A stretch of 64,000 bases of DNA, taken from Histomonas meleagridis 2922-C6/04-290x (Eukaryota > Protista > Parabasalia). Shown here one piece after another: positions 14,001-23,699 of the stretch. A model generated the notes under the pieces. That model did no database searches and was not told the DNA's origin. It saw nothing but the letters and a program-made list of their open reading frames with translations. Within the stretch, counting starts at the first letter, position 1; each line of letters opens with the position of its first letter. Made by a program: the position numbers and the translations under genes. The DNA is taken from positions 46,568-110,567 of the forward strand of contig JAANOX010000084.1 in the NCBI GenBank assembly GCA_020184695.1, read 5' to 3'.

Positions 14001-15687
14001 AGGGGTTGTGTTATATTTTATGTTTCGTATTGATCCGTTTTGTTTGTTCTCCATCCATTTACATCGTGGTTGGGATCATCAAAATCGACTCTTTTATGAC
14101 GTCACTGAGTCATGGCTATCTGCAGCTTATATGTCTCCAGCAGATGTAAAAGAACTTATTCCACAATTCTTTTGTTTACCTGATTTCCTTACTAATATAA
14201 GTCAATTACCTTTAACAACTACAACTGAAGGTAATGATGTTAGAGATGTACGAATCGGTAAATGGAGTAATAATCCACGCGACTTCATACATAAAATGAT
14301 ACACTTCTTACAAAGCGATAAAGTATCAATGCATTTATCCAATTGGATCGATTTAATATTCGGTTATAAATCACGTGGTGAAGCAGCAATCGAAGCGAAA
14401 AACTTATTCCATCCATTATGTTATGTGAATGAAGAAGATGATAGCGCGATTGAGAGTGAGGATGAAATCGAAAGAGATGCCGCGATCACGTGTATTGTTA
14501 ATTTTGGGCAATGTTGTATGCAAATATTTAAGCAGCCGCATCCAAAACCAACAAAAATATTTACGAAATTACATTTGATGTCAAATCCGAACGATATAAT
14601 TTATCAGAAATTAAATAGTAACGTGTTTAATTTCCCAATTATCGATTTACAAATATTACAAAACGAAATTATGTTTTGTGGTCAAAATTCCATTTTAATT
14701 CCGCCGTTTTATAATCAAATTATTAATATCGATAATGATAAATTAGTAATTAATAATAATAAAAATAAAATATTGATTAAGGATGACTTCATATTAAGCA
14801 ATTCTTGCTTATGCTGCTCTAAAGATGGAGTGTTCTTATGTTTAGGTCAAAAAGAAGGTGGAATTAATTTGTATACATTAAAATATATCGGAGGTGAAGT
14901 GACAGAAGCGGTTTTTATCGGATTTTATAACACAAACGGTTCCGTCTCAAATTGTGCGGTTTCTTCACCTCACTTTTTGGCATTTGCAATTTCAAATAAT
15001 GTAATAAATAGAATAGATATAGGTACAATGAGATTAATTGAACCTATTACAACTGATTTTAAGATCAATTGTATATGTATTGATGATCACGCAGGGATAA
15101 TAATAATTGGCGGATATTCAATTATTTCAATTTGGAGTGTTTCTGCAATGAAAATAATGGAACAAAACATTAAATCATCCGTTTTAACTATATCAGTAGC
15201 GAATTTACCAGAATCAGTAACTAATCGATTCTTCATTACAGGACATGCTAATGGCACAGTAATGTTTTGGACCATCGACTATTCGAATAACAAGTTGATT
15301 TTACTTAAGGAAATCAAAATTTCGAATTATCCGATAATCAAAATATCAATTGATGAAACGTCATCACGTGCTATAGTTATCTCAGACAAAACTGTTTACT
15401 GTATTGATTTCATTGGTAGTAATGTTCCTGACCTAAAGAAGAAATATGCGTTCGAATGTAGTAATTGTAAAACACAAATTTCGATCGAAAACACAAATTT
15501 GACGCTGATGAATCAGAACATTAAAATATGCGAAAACTGTCATCGATTCTTTTGCCAGAAATGTTTGCCAAGAGATAAAATGATAAACATAAGTATCGAA
15601 TTTAAAGGACCGGCTGTGCAACAAAAGAAAAATTGTTTATGTCAACAATGTATTGAACTATTAGAGAACGACGAACTTAAAAAATAA
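8044..15687 (+). CDS. BEACH-domain protein (neurobeachin-like: LamG-like, PH, BEACH, WD40, C-terminal Cys-rich FYVE-like finger)
   Basis: 2553 aa ORF. BEACH motifs NFSYLCILN, QYYVFPWIIGDY, DVKELIPQFF, WIDLIFGYK, NFGQ; terminal CxxC...CxxC...CxxC. Confidence 0.92.
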   Translation: MSKDNDLTETICDTITILLEESKNVDNDSKIALIFQTKPFFSEILSEINIESDHFPSVLKEVRLLFQSFGESLQIFFESSETAKQFSSFISVFISSKISLYFGQEISNLIISYLLDDIPNNQSFFNDSLCLFFEDSTFPPFFEASGGLLSLWDILLDLKKSDLSFFIFGHISRTINCYFQGDSPDNAISFLSHVSNTIPNLPKSNAPIGFQFLYDLINANSKLNLLNTFIELNGFAAINDYLVKNDDPQLMIVYQMFRSQCVINTNDTSIILGQLINLILHPNISNEMKLASITNLYITIKQITEKETPIQPHVLYQLAICLNDQSSVIFFDLCYFLVTHFDIEIRSILPAINKMPLNEFIKTVDISTLFKLFYLAGDSFEPFSLLFYENICKDIEPKDFIEIVNKYKDFLHFLPMVFQEIDSERLKIFHLLIKSCSFIKDIEQLDIILSEILKKDQMIQDLLDQLYELRSDSKLSSSILSVLTRLANNSNHLRKSLISYGIVNTIKILNDYNEIDPLLIFDIFAAISGHHFDITFDATVGSYLKSVEYFHQSEENIRKLAFGLMQNDNDSISCLCFPSLLHKCGDFVINTYYDMWICGQYGIDNWMKETNKSINEFPSILQVSQRFLLPHHIPLIFEHSKLFSDSCDDIFGLIPLFEFIKSQGNSAITINLPFNIPFDSSISFWFFFKDYPASSQMICTIHTLSLFTSCDEIYVNDRMIGNYSLNRWYNIIITNDNKGKTTFYINGTQKYQLIGSLTDNVIFGSKQNNVSNWYIGGIIRIFNNIIKDDKIQEILNNGVNDNISNETLSITPLKFIELFDGYKNTDCLMENSRPVISFPLYKHIRTAYNGNYGLFNKILQTIENDKFEDSYNFLNALISLQLNNCSKWNNIEFALHISILINIKPNLIDQQILDNILKCFCINDTFDWDSFYVLLFDYGIFNSDFKSNLISKLFGLIVQYPPNNYKSKIITFILDLLRICEFDVNDSTALIALLPRFNPKLDLIIQSIISLSDFKETYQTNDLKYITNDENILFYPLIEMVTNKINHQFNKCYFFYLIPPKISLDILYSLITSGYKLLIDIKFIMRFCIQNCYIAKSWSCALSLLFGTPIEVELSDDFQPINTFNITILPEFLIMVSFLFSSSNNFPKHSFWSMFCIKISEILKTISENIQIINDELKFSLINLLSFGYFPNTLSIFPFAPKITEASEIVEYSIKESQPFPIEEPHSSTFPIFHLNFSMQKLNNFVTSDIPTEYKLFIKSKVKVNDYNDEEYLKKVYSANNDIKWKDWPTFIKSINDMLSNEQNNFNVETIINSEYFPTVINFIVNILLKFLNDNNFKDLLNELLLTNSSFNPMYSQIILKNILISFLSELNKRNLYSLNIINFVCDRIKEGWLTNHIITLISMIFTLCKNTKKNLPKCFIDLLIFLIDIIPKKDFQVFMSFFGLYSQQIFIKNNIEKPKFCILIIGKLLKHFDERPKAIKTIFNTLINEMKSNEELTSIWNKKFVNYSEFTINYLIDFLNEIINDANNENNEFNKIFNDINEKHLNEEKTKILTSLNKLKTFRNVQNSTFYSLANQLLNDFHNDIILSKSMGSIIRDFEQKRIMVQLNYFIHIREQHISKRYNFDEKRSHVYTQSILSDPIFPTKRIDKSPLLYKMPSFPCKKITSVMLPTPNINDLLILLPDVLKSFISIPFEQFKDLIQHLNGQEKLTFSVVLPMSDSVRLSLLQLLLNHGKPFESIYSVSLFYGVDPLPGLLFRTSSHFFFIEGMQLTEEGVKVSTISTSRILYTFYICYIISGYFGPSSLFESHPIIGWPINGLINYILHYYLHKPSAIELNFVYGWNFILIPKFEERKSFLNLFKKDVDESLSHLPKPNFNTFSPLSSTYLLRRKDLTKLWTDGVIDNFSYLCILNRLSLRSLCDYTQYYVFPWIIGDYNTQDLEDAPIESYRNLSLPMGQIGETRAPRFDTIFEDSGKQYFYGTHYMHLGVVLYFMFRIDPFCLFSIHLHRGWDHQNRLFYDVTESWLSAAYMSPADVKELIPQFFCLPDFLTNISQLPLTTTTEGNDVRDVRIGKWSNNPRDFIHKMIHFLQSDKVSMHLSNWIDLIFGYKSRGEAAIEAKNLFHPLCYVNEEDDSAIESEDEIERDAAITCIVNFGQCCMQIFKQPHPKPTKIFTKLHLMSNPNDIIYQKLNSNVFNFPIIDLQILQNEIMFCGQNSILIPPFYNQIINIDNDKLVINNNKNKILIKDDFILSNSCLCCSKDGVFLCLGQKEGGINLYTLKYIGGEVTEAVFIGFYNTNGSVSNCAVSSPHFLAFAISNNVINRIDIGTMRLIEPITTDFKINCICIDDHAGIIIIGGYSIISIWSVSAMKIMEQNIKSSVLTISVANLPESVTNRFFITGHANGTVMFWTIDYSNNKLILLKEIKISNYPIIKISIDETSSRAIVISDKTVYCIDFIGSNVPDLKKKYAFECSNCKTQISIENTNLTLMNQNIKICENCHRFFCQKCLPRDKMINISIEFKGPAVQQKKNCLCQQCIELLENDELKK

Positions 15688-15939
15688 AAAATATTTTTAT
15701 TTAAAAAAATGATGGAACAACAAATATCGTTTGCGTTTCGACGTTTTTAAGTGTTTCGTGTTGGAAATTAACAAAAAGTTGTTGTTTTAATGTGCTAATT
15801 TGTTCTTGTAGAATAGATATTGTTTGCTCATTTGCATTTATTTTCGTTTTATTCGACATTGTGAGAAACATACGATGATATTAAATAGTTTTTCATTATA
15901 TATATATATATAATGAAGGCACAACAATATTTCCAATAG

Positions 15940-16750
15940 TAGACAGTTTTTCGCTGCTTCAATAATAATTATTATTCAAGTTTCTTTACATCAATTTCGA
16001 ATGTGCCTGATCTTATCGTTTTGAATGGTGATCAAGTTGCAGTTAAACTTCCAGGGGGACATTTTGAAAGATCTGTCAATAAATTTCTTGAAGTAATTGA
16101 TTCCAGTAACGTGCCATATGCACTAACATTTGGCAATCATGATCCTGAAATTTCATATCCTATATCGCAGCAGCTTTCTTACTATCAGAAGTATCCTCGA
16201 TGTCTTGCAATTTCTGGCCCAGAAGAAATCACAGGTATTGGAAATTATAATTTACTTATTAAAGATTCTAAACAAGAACATAACATATTCAACCTTTGGT
16301 TTGTTGACTCAGGACCTGATAGTTCAAGTTTCTTTACAGCTCCTGACCAAGTTTCGTGGTACACATCAAAATCGAGGGAACTTAACTCCCAAAATAATGG
16401 CCGCCCACTTCCATCTATGGTTTCAACATCGTCCTATTCCAGAGGTATATCAAACCATGCTTATTAATAGCGATTTTCCTCATACGACCACATCAATAAG
16501 CAAAGGAAATTATTTTGGAAGCTTTTTATCATTAAATCTAGAGTTAAAGTATGATCCAACCGGACTTTTCGATTGTACTTCGTTGAAACCATCGTTGGAA
16601 ATAGTTGAAGATGCAGAGATTGGATTTTTAAATAAGGTTGGGACTTATGGTGGATTTAATAGTGCATTAGCATTCTTAAGGAAATGTTTGTTCCCGAGTT
16701 GCTTGCAGAAAAAATTGGGAAATAAATTTATGGTGTTTTTGAAATAAAGT
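15940..16750 (+). pseudogene. Calcineurin-like metallophosphoesterase (DCR2/PAP-like) pseudogene with frameshift and unrelated tail
   Basis: Motifs LNGD, FGNHD, FVDSG and, after a frameshift at ~16420, FQHRPIPE. The first DxH motif is missing. Confidence 0.7.
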
Positions 16751-16952
16751 TTGGACCTAGAAATTAAAATGTTTGTAGTTTTTATTTTATGTAATGTTTT
16801 AAATAAAAATATTTAAAATGAATAAATTTTATTGAAATTATGTGAAGCAGAAGTATGTAAATTTGGAAAATTAATATATCATGAGAAATTTGCATTTATA
16901 CAAAGATTTCAATATAAACATTGTATCATATATAGAAAAAAGAAATTCCAAA

Positions 16953-17024
16953 GTCTCCGTAGTCTAATGGTTAGAATAGGAGTTTAACACGCTCTTGACG
17001 GCAGTTCGATCCTGCCCGGAGACA
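16953..17024 (+). tRNA. tRNA-Val (AAC)
   Basis: Acceptor stem GTCTCCG/CGGAGAC; anticodon stem GGAGT/GCTCT with loop TT-AAC-AC; T arm GGCAG-TTCGATC-CTGCC; followed by a T6 Pol III terminator. Confidence 0.93.
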
Positions 17025-17329
17025 ATTTTTTGTTTTTTCGATTCATTATAATAGAATCTATTATTATAATAATATAATAATATAATATATACTCAATGAA
17101 AATTCTACATATATTTTCAACAATTAATGCCTCAAATGATTCCATATAAGCATTTTATAAAATATTTTATAAAAAATGTAATTAAAGATATATTATTATT
17201 CATTAAATACAATTTTATTTTATTGCATTAGATATTTATATTCGAACTCTATTTCTCGTTTATTCTATTAATGATGTGGCTATGATCCAAATGAGATAAT
17301 GTTCAATATGTGAATTCAGAAAATTTGAT

Positions 17330-18100
17330 TTAGTTGTTTTGGCCTTTACTCATGTTGTTTACATATTTTACTGCACCTGTAACAAACACCAACACAGGAT
17401 CAACATTGCAATGTACAATCTTTTCGAAAAAGAAACCTTTTAATATTTCTGTTACAATTGGAATATTCGATGAACCTCCTGCAAGTATTACATCGGCAAG
17501 ATCTGTTTTTATCATATCTGCTTTCTTGAGAACATCTTTGATTGGTCTTAATATATTAATATATTTAGGAAAATTTTGGAATTAATATTTTTGAATTTTT
17601 TCTGATCAATCTCCTGGAAAAAACCAATTTTGTTATATTTTCTCTTTTTTAAGTCTTTATAGAATAACTTTTAGTTTGGATGATTGTCTCTCGAGCATAC
17701 ACATTGAACGCCTGTTATTACGAATGTCCAATCCGAATCTATCCTGGAAACAATCTAATAAGTATTCCACGATGTTATCAGTTAAGAATTGACAACCAAT
17801 AATAACATCTTCAACAGTAGAACAAATTTTGATTTTATTTTGTTTGACTTTAAGAATTGAAATTTTGAGTGTATTACCAAAATCAAATAATAGAAATTTT
17901 TTTTTTGTTTTCTAAAGTATCTATAGGATAAAATGCAATTGCAGCTGTATAATACTTACAGAATCAAGACCAGCTATTTTTGCTGCTTCTTTAATGGATT
18001 CACGTTGAATAGAATTAAAAAAATAAGGAACAGTTATGACAGCAGCAATACTGCTTTATAAGAAACAGATGATATTGGCATATTTATACAAATGTGACAC
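17330..18100 (-). pseudogene. Hsp70-like pseudogene
   Basis: Fragments AVITVPYFFNSIQRESIKEAAKIAGL and DVILAGGSSNIP with multiple stops and frameshifts between them. Confidence 0.8.
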
Positions 18101-18166
18101 TGATCGTTTTTCGATCAAAAAGACTTCATCGTTTTTCATAGAAAACACCCAAATTTTTGTCAATCG

Positions 18167-19495
18167 ATGGTGGGAGACGATCCACTTGTTTCAACAGAAG
18201 AACAACCACGCCCATCAATTTTATGGTGGATTTATGTACTATTTTTCATGGTTATAGCATCGTTAACAACTGGATCTGTTAATGTTTATCCCTCTCAAAG
18301 AGAATCAATTATTAATTCATTGAATATTTCACAAGGCTTATCAACATTTATGCTGACTGGCGGTGTTGTTCTCATGTACTTTACTTTACCAATTGGCGTA
18401 TATTTGGATAAGTTTGGTGCATTAAATACATTAATTTTATCTTCTGCAGTTACTTTTGTTTCATACATAGTGCTTTCATTTGTTACAAACGCTGGCGCTT
18501 TCATTACGTTTTATTTATTGATGGCATTTGGAAGTTCTTCAATATTCTTTGTATGCCTGCAAATATCTTTATCTAGATCTCCAGAATCCATTCATGGCAT
18601 TAGTGTTTCCTTTGTATCAGCTTCATTATCTCTTTCATTTGGATTATTCTTAGAAATTTACAAAGCAGGAAAAGGCTCATTTAAATGCAAAGGATATGAC
18701 TGTTTCTTCTCAGGTGTTCAACTTGTAGCTATTGTAGTTTGTAGTGTAGTAGCAGTTTCGTTAGCAAATATTATCTTTTTCTACCACAAATTCCCAGACA
18801 CACCACAACAACGTCCATCCACGGAACTTGATTCTGAAGCCAGTGTTAGACCTCCAACCGTTTCACGTTTGAAGGTATTGAAGAATCCCCAATTATATAT
18901 ATATTTATTTGGCATGTTTATGACTGTTTTTGATGGCATGCTTGTTATGTCTGCGGGTGATGTTGTGTGGAACTTTTATGGGTTTAAAGATGCGGCCTCT
19001 AAGTACGGAATTGCGTTTTCGGTGACAAATTGCGTTTCGACCGTTACCCTATCGTTCATCATTGACTTCATCATTAACAAATACAACAATCCACGGAGCA
19101 AACTGTTTAGTTTAATCTGGGGAATCTTAGGGTTAGTGCCACTTGTCATTGGGCTCCTGTTACAGACGACAAAGAATGAGACCTTATTTGCAGCATTTAT
19201 GTCAATGATGGGAATTCCATTTGGACTTGGACTAAGTCAAATTCCAACACTTGTGTTCGACGTATTTGGTCAATATGTATACGGATTTTCATTCGGAATT
19301 GTGCAATTAGGATCAATCGTTGCATCTTCAATATGTATGCCAATTATGCTCGAGTTGTCTAAAAGCGGCGTTGTAGCGATATTCATTGCTTGCGCTGTTT
19401 TGCAGATAACAGTTTGTGTATTGATATATATATTCTCATTGAATAAATGCTGCAAAGTCGAAAACGATACAACTGAATATGAAAAAATTCAATAA
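18167..19495 (+). CDS. Major facilitator superfamily transporter
   Basis: 442 aa, ~12 hydrophobic segments in two blocks, GVYLDKFG motif-A-like sequence. Confidence 0.88.
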   Translation: MVGDDPLVSTEEQPRPSILWWIYVLFFMVIASLTTGSVNVYPSQRESIINSLNISQGLSTFMLTGGVVLMYFTLPIGVYLDKFGALNTLILSSAVTFVSYIVLSFVTNAGAFITFYLLMAFGSSSIFFVCLQISLSRSPESIHGISVSFVSASLSLSFGLFLEIYKAGKGSFKCKGYDCFFSGVQLVAIVVCSVVAVSLANIIFFYHKFPDTPQQRPSTELDSEASVRPPTVSRLKVLKNPQLYIYLFGMFMTVFDGMLVMSAGDVVWNFYGFKDAASKYGIAFSVTNCVSTVTLSFIIDFIINKYNNPRSKLFSLIWGILGLVPLVIGLLLQTTKNETLFAAFMSMMGIPFGLGLSQIPTLVFDVFGQYVYGFSFGIVQLGSIVASSICMPIMLELSKSGVVAIFIACAVLQITVCVLIYIFSLNKCCKVENDTTEYEKIQ

Positions 19496-19619
19496 ACAAA
19501 AAATAGTTTTACATTTTGATTTTGGAATTAAATATTCGAAATATGAAAAGTTCCATTTCATTAGATATTAATCAAATTAAAAATGTAATTAGAGATATTT
19601 ATTTATGGATTAGTTCATT

Positions 19620-21365
19620 CTAATGTTTATTTGTCCTTTTAATTCTTTCTTTCATTAAAAAGTTGAACTATTTCATTATAGCCTTTTTTTGATGCTATCA
19701 TAAGTGTTGTATTAAATATTAGAAGTAATTTCCATATATTGTTTTGAAATACCGAATATTTGAATTAAATTTTAATTATAACAAATAAATATTTTTGGCA
19801 TCAATATCAATTCCTTTTTGTTCTAGAAGTAATTTTACTGTCTCTGTATGACCTTCTTGAGATGCATACATAAGTGCTGTATAAAATAATTCAAATAATT
19901 TCCAAATATTATTATAAAATAAAAAATTATTAAATAAAATTTTGATTAAAACATATAAATATCTTTAATATTAATGTCAATTCCTTTATATTCAAGAAGT
20001 GATTTAACTATTTCTGTATATCCTTTTTGAGATGCATGCATAAGTGCTGTTTGAAGTAACTTAAGTAATTTTTAAATATTATTTTGAAATATTAAATTAT
20101 TAAAATATATAAAAAATTAAACAAATTAATATCCTTAGCATTAATTTTAATTCCTTTTTGTTTAAGAATTATTTTAACTATATCTCCATGACCATTAGAA
20201 GATGCAATAGAAAGAGCTAATCTAAAAATTCAAAAAAAATTTGAAACAATATGTTTAAACAAAAAATCATTTCAACAAAAGCCGAATAAAATTTTAAAAC
20301 TCTACTTTTAATATCAATATATCCGCTATTAGCAAAGTATCTAAAAAATTCTTCGTTACCACAAAAACTTGGAATATCATAAAAATTAATTGAAATCGAA
20401 GTTTTCTCTTGAAAATATTGAAAAAGAAAAGTATTCCCTGTTATAAATGAGTCGTTGATAATATTTTTGTTAATTTTCATTCCATTTTCTTCTAAAAATG
20501 AAAAAATTTCATAATTATCATGTAAAATACATTTTTCGCCTAATTTTTCTAAATTATGTATTTCAATAATTTTGTTTTCGAAAAAATATTTAAAGATATT
20601 ATTTCGATGGAATTCGATTGCTATTTCATATGCATCTTCAAATGTTGAATGATTTTGTTCACATAAATGAACAATTTCTTCATTTCCACCTGCAATTGCA
20701 TATTTACCTGTTTCATTTACAATTGCACCTTTTGTTAATAAATATTTAAAACATCGAACTGCTGAAAAATATGCTGCAAAATCTATTAATGAAACATATC
20801 TTTTATTAATAAATGAACATCTTTCATAAAGTGTTGGCTCAATTGATTGATTAAAATTAAAATTTTTTTGTGATGATATTTCTTGAAGGTTTTCGATTCC
20901 ATCATTTCGAATTATATTTGCAAGTTCAAGTGGATTCAAACCTTCTTTAATATGTTTATCACCTAGAAAATATTGTTCAAAATATGAATTATTTTTGTTT
21001 TGAATAATTTTTGGATCAATTAACCGATTTTCAAGCATATTTACAATAAGATAATTTGATTCTTGACTATTAATTGATAATAGAAATTGTGAAAATATAT
21101 CAAAGATTTTATTTTTTGTTGTAATTTCCATATTTTGTATAAATTCGATGCATAATTTTTCAAAACCTTTCGCAACAAAATATGAATAAATAACTCTACA
21201 AATAACATGAAAATATGAATATGGAAAATCTTCGGGCAAATAATTTAATGAAAGCTCAACTGTTTGATCAATATTACCTTTGTTTAAATCAAAAATAATT
21301 TTCTCAAGGTGTTGCAGTGTTTGAAGATTTTCTTTGAATTTTGCATGACTATTACTTCCACCCAT
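19620..21365 (-). CDS. DUF3447-ankyrin repeat gene interrupted by four 68-nt non-canonical inserts
   Basis: ORF 20217-21410 carries DUF3447-like sequence (YERCSFI, AAYFSAVRCFKYL, GKYAIAGGN). Open ankyrin segments continue to TAG 19620 if 20230-20297, 20060-20127, 19890-19957 and 19720-19787 are removed. Confidence 0.75.
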
Positions 21366-21489
21366 CAGATAAAAAGAAATATTGAAAATAAAGCAAATGG
21401 AAGCGTCCAAGTACGATCAAAATTCAACTTTTTGAATACTTTTGAAATTGGGGTTCTCTCTGTTTTGCACCGTATTATATTTCATATAT

Positions 21490-23450
21490 TCATATTTACC
21501 ATATAATAGTTCTTTATATGGGACAGCATGGAATTGTTTTTAAGGTTTATAAAACACGATGTATAATGAGACACATGAGAGATCAATCCCCTCATGATAG
21601 TTTAAGAATTCACAAAATAAAGTATTCAATTCCATCTATCTGGAGACCGTTTATAGGTACATTTTTATATTGTTGCTAGCAAAGGGTAATATAATCTGGC
21701 TGAAGGTACCACTAACGTCCTCCGCAAGATGGGTGCTATAGTAAAAATTATTATTATATTTGTGGGCCTATAATAACGGTCTATTGAAAAATAAAATTTA
21801 ACCTGACCTTCACCCTTTGTATACTTTATACTGATCACCTGTCTACGCCCTTTTATAAAAAAAATGCTCCGCGGAGTCGGGCAACGGCAGGTTTGTGATA
21901 AATGCACTTATTCGCCATTAGGGCTCTCTTTGTGGGAGGGGGTACCTAGGTTTAAAAAGTTCTCAATTGCCCATCGAGTAAACATACTTTGTTATTAAAA
22001 CAAATATGAAAAGTCGAAAAGAAAAAAAAAATATTAACCAGAAAAACCGATAAGAAAATAAAAATATCTAAAAATTAATTGAATGGTTTACATCTTACGA
22101 TGGTAAATCAAATGAATTATTAGAATTAGGAACATATAATATACTTGGTGCTGCAATATCTAAATTGGTTTCTGGTATATAAAATATAACTGATTGTTGT
22201 TGTGTTAAAAATGCAACATGACGTTCGTCAGTTGGAGGTGCTGTAGTACTACCAAAATCATATAAATAATAATAAAATGTCCCACCTCGAGAAAGAGAAC
22301 TTCAATGAATAAAAATGACATGAATCTGTGTATAAAGAGTATTGGGAGAATTGGGTTCAATAACAATAAATACATAATAATAAGTATCATCGGTCTAATT
22401 CATATTTAGAAAGTGGGGAATTAATAGGGCCAACTAACTTACGTTGTATAACACGTCCCTTATTTCGTGAATAATAAGATTAACTACTAATAGATCCTAT
22501 ATGATGAGGATCAAACATATAAATAAAAGTGGGTGAAAATTTTTTATTAATATGTAACTGCATAATTTCATTGAACATTTAAAAAGACTTGATTAATTAC
22601 AGTATCTAAACTGATTTTTTGAATACTTGTACCATCAGGTACATATACCAAGGCCCAAAGTAATGGAATTTCAATATCAGTTATCATCTTTAACGTAAAG
22701 TTCTTTAATTTACGCATACCTTGAGATGCAACTGCACTAATAAAGGTAGCTGATACTTGATCACCAATGTCACCGACATTGAAAGTAATAGGACCGGAAC
22801 TATTATATGTCTCATTAGAATATTTAACAGTCTTTAATGGACGTCCACGTTAATAACTACGTCTACGTAACCTACGAGGCATTACAATAAAAAATTTAAT
22901 GTTGTGGGAGATTTATTAATTGTGGGTGTTAAATAGGAAGGTACATCCTTACGGCGACGATCAACTCTTAAAACATCTATTAAACTAATTGGTAAAACAA
23001 TTACCCAATTCTCTACTAATTGAGGATTTTTTTCAACAAATCCTTTAAGTAAGCCAACAGATTGAAAATATACAGATAATAAAAATAATTCAAATAGTGA
23101 ATGGGAGTATATATCATATGTCGATCATGTTATAAACCTTACCACACTTACTATTTCGTTTATGGTTCTAAGGAACAAAATAAAGTAGTCCTTGAATCTG
23201 TGCATAACTTAATGAATGCTTATGGAAAAATTTTTCTACAGTTAAGATTGAATCTTGTGGATGATTTCCCACAAGGAAGTAATCACAAAGATTCATGCTT
23301 CTATTGTACATCATTCGGTAAGGATAAAAGAACAAGCCGTCACACATAGCCACATTCATGGAATTGGGCGTCTACATTTATACATTACAAAATTAAGATT
23401 CACATAGTGTTCAATTTCATTATCACTAACATGACCATAAACAAAAAAAG
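21490..23450 (-). mobile_element. Degraded endogenous CRESS-DNA-virus-like element (capsid plus several small same-strand ORFs)
   Basis: Arg-rich capsid-like frame at 22568-22882, neighbouring small decayed ORFs, and a GC-richer non-coding stretch at 21840-21960. No Rep motifs found. Confidence 0.6.
22568..22882 (-). pseudogene. Cressdnavirus-like capsid fragment
   Basis: MPRRLRRRSY*RGRPLKTVKYSNETYN...QGMRKLKNFTLKM...LLWALVYVPDG; one internal TAA at 22850-22852. Confidence 0.65.
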
Positions 23451-23699
23451 AAAAAAGATCCAGAAAAAGAGTTACACACACTTTAACGACAAAAGCAATT
23501 TGTAGCTACAAAAACGAAGATATATCAGTTGAGGCAAGTTCTGAAACAAATGACACCATCACAACTTCTTCAGTTGAAGCTTAAAATAATTTATATAAAT
23601 ATAATATCATATTTTTGATTAATTTTCTTTTTTGAAATTATGATTTAACTAAAAGCTTTAAAGTATTTTTTTTTTTTTAAGTTTGAAGTTTATTATTTA

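Noticed and set aside
21665-21960. Viral Rep gene or nonanucleotide origin
   Set aside because: No FTxNN, HxQG, YCxK or Walker A motifs and no NANTATTAC in a stem-loop found by eye.
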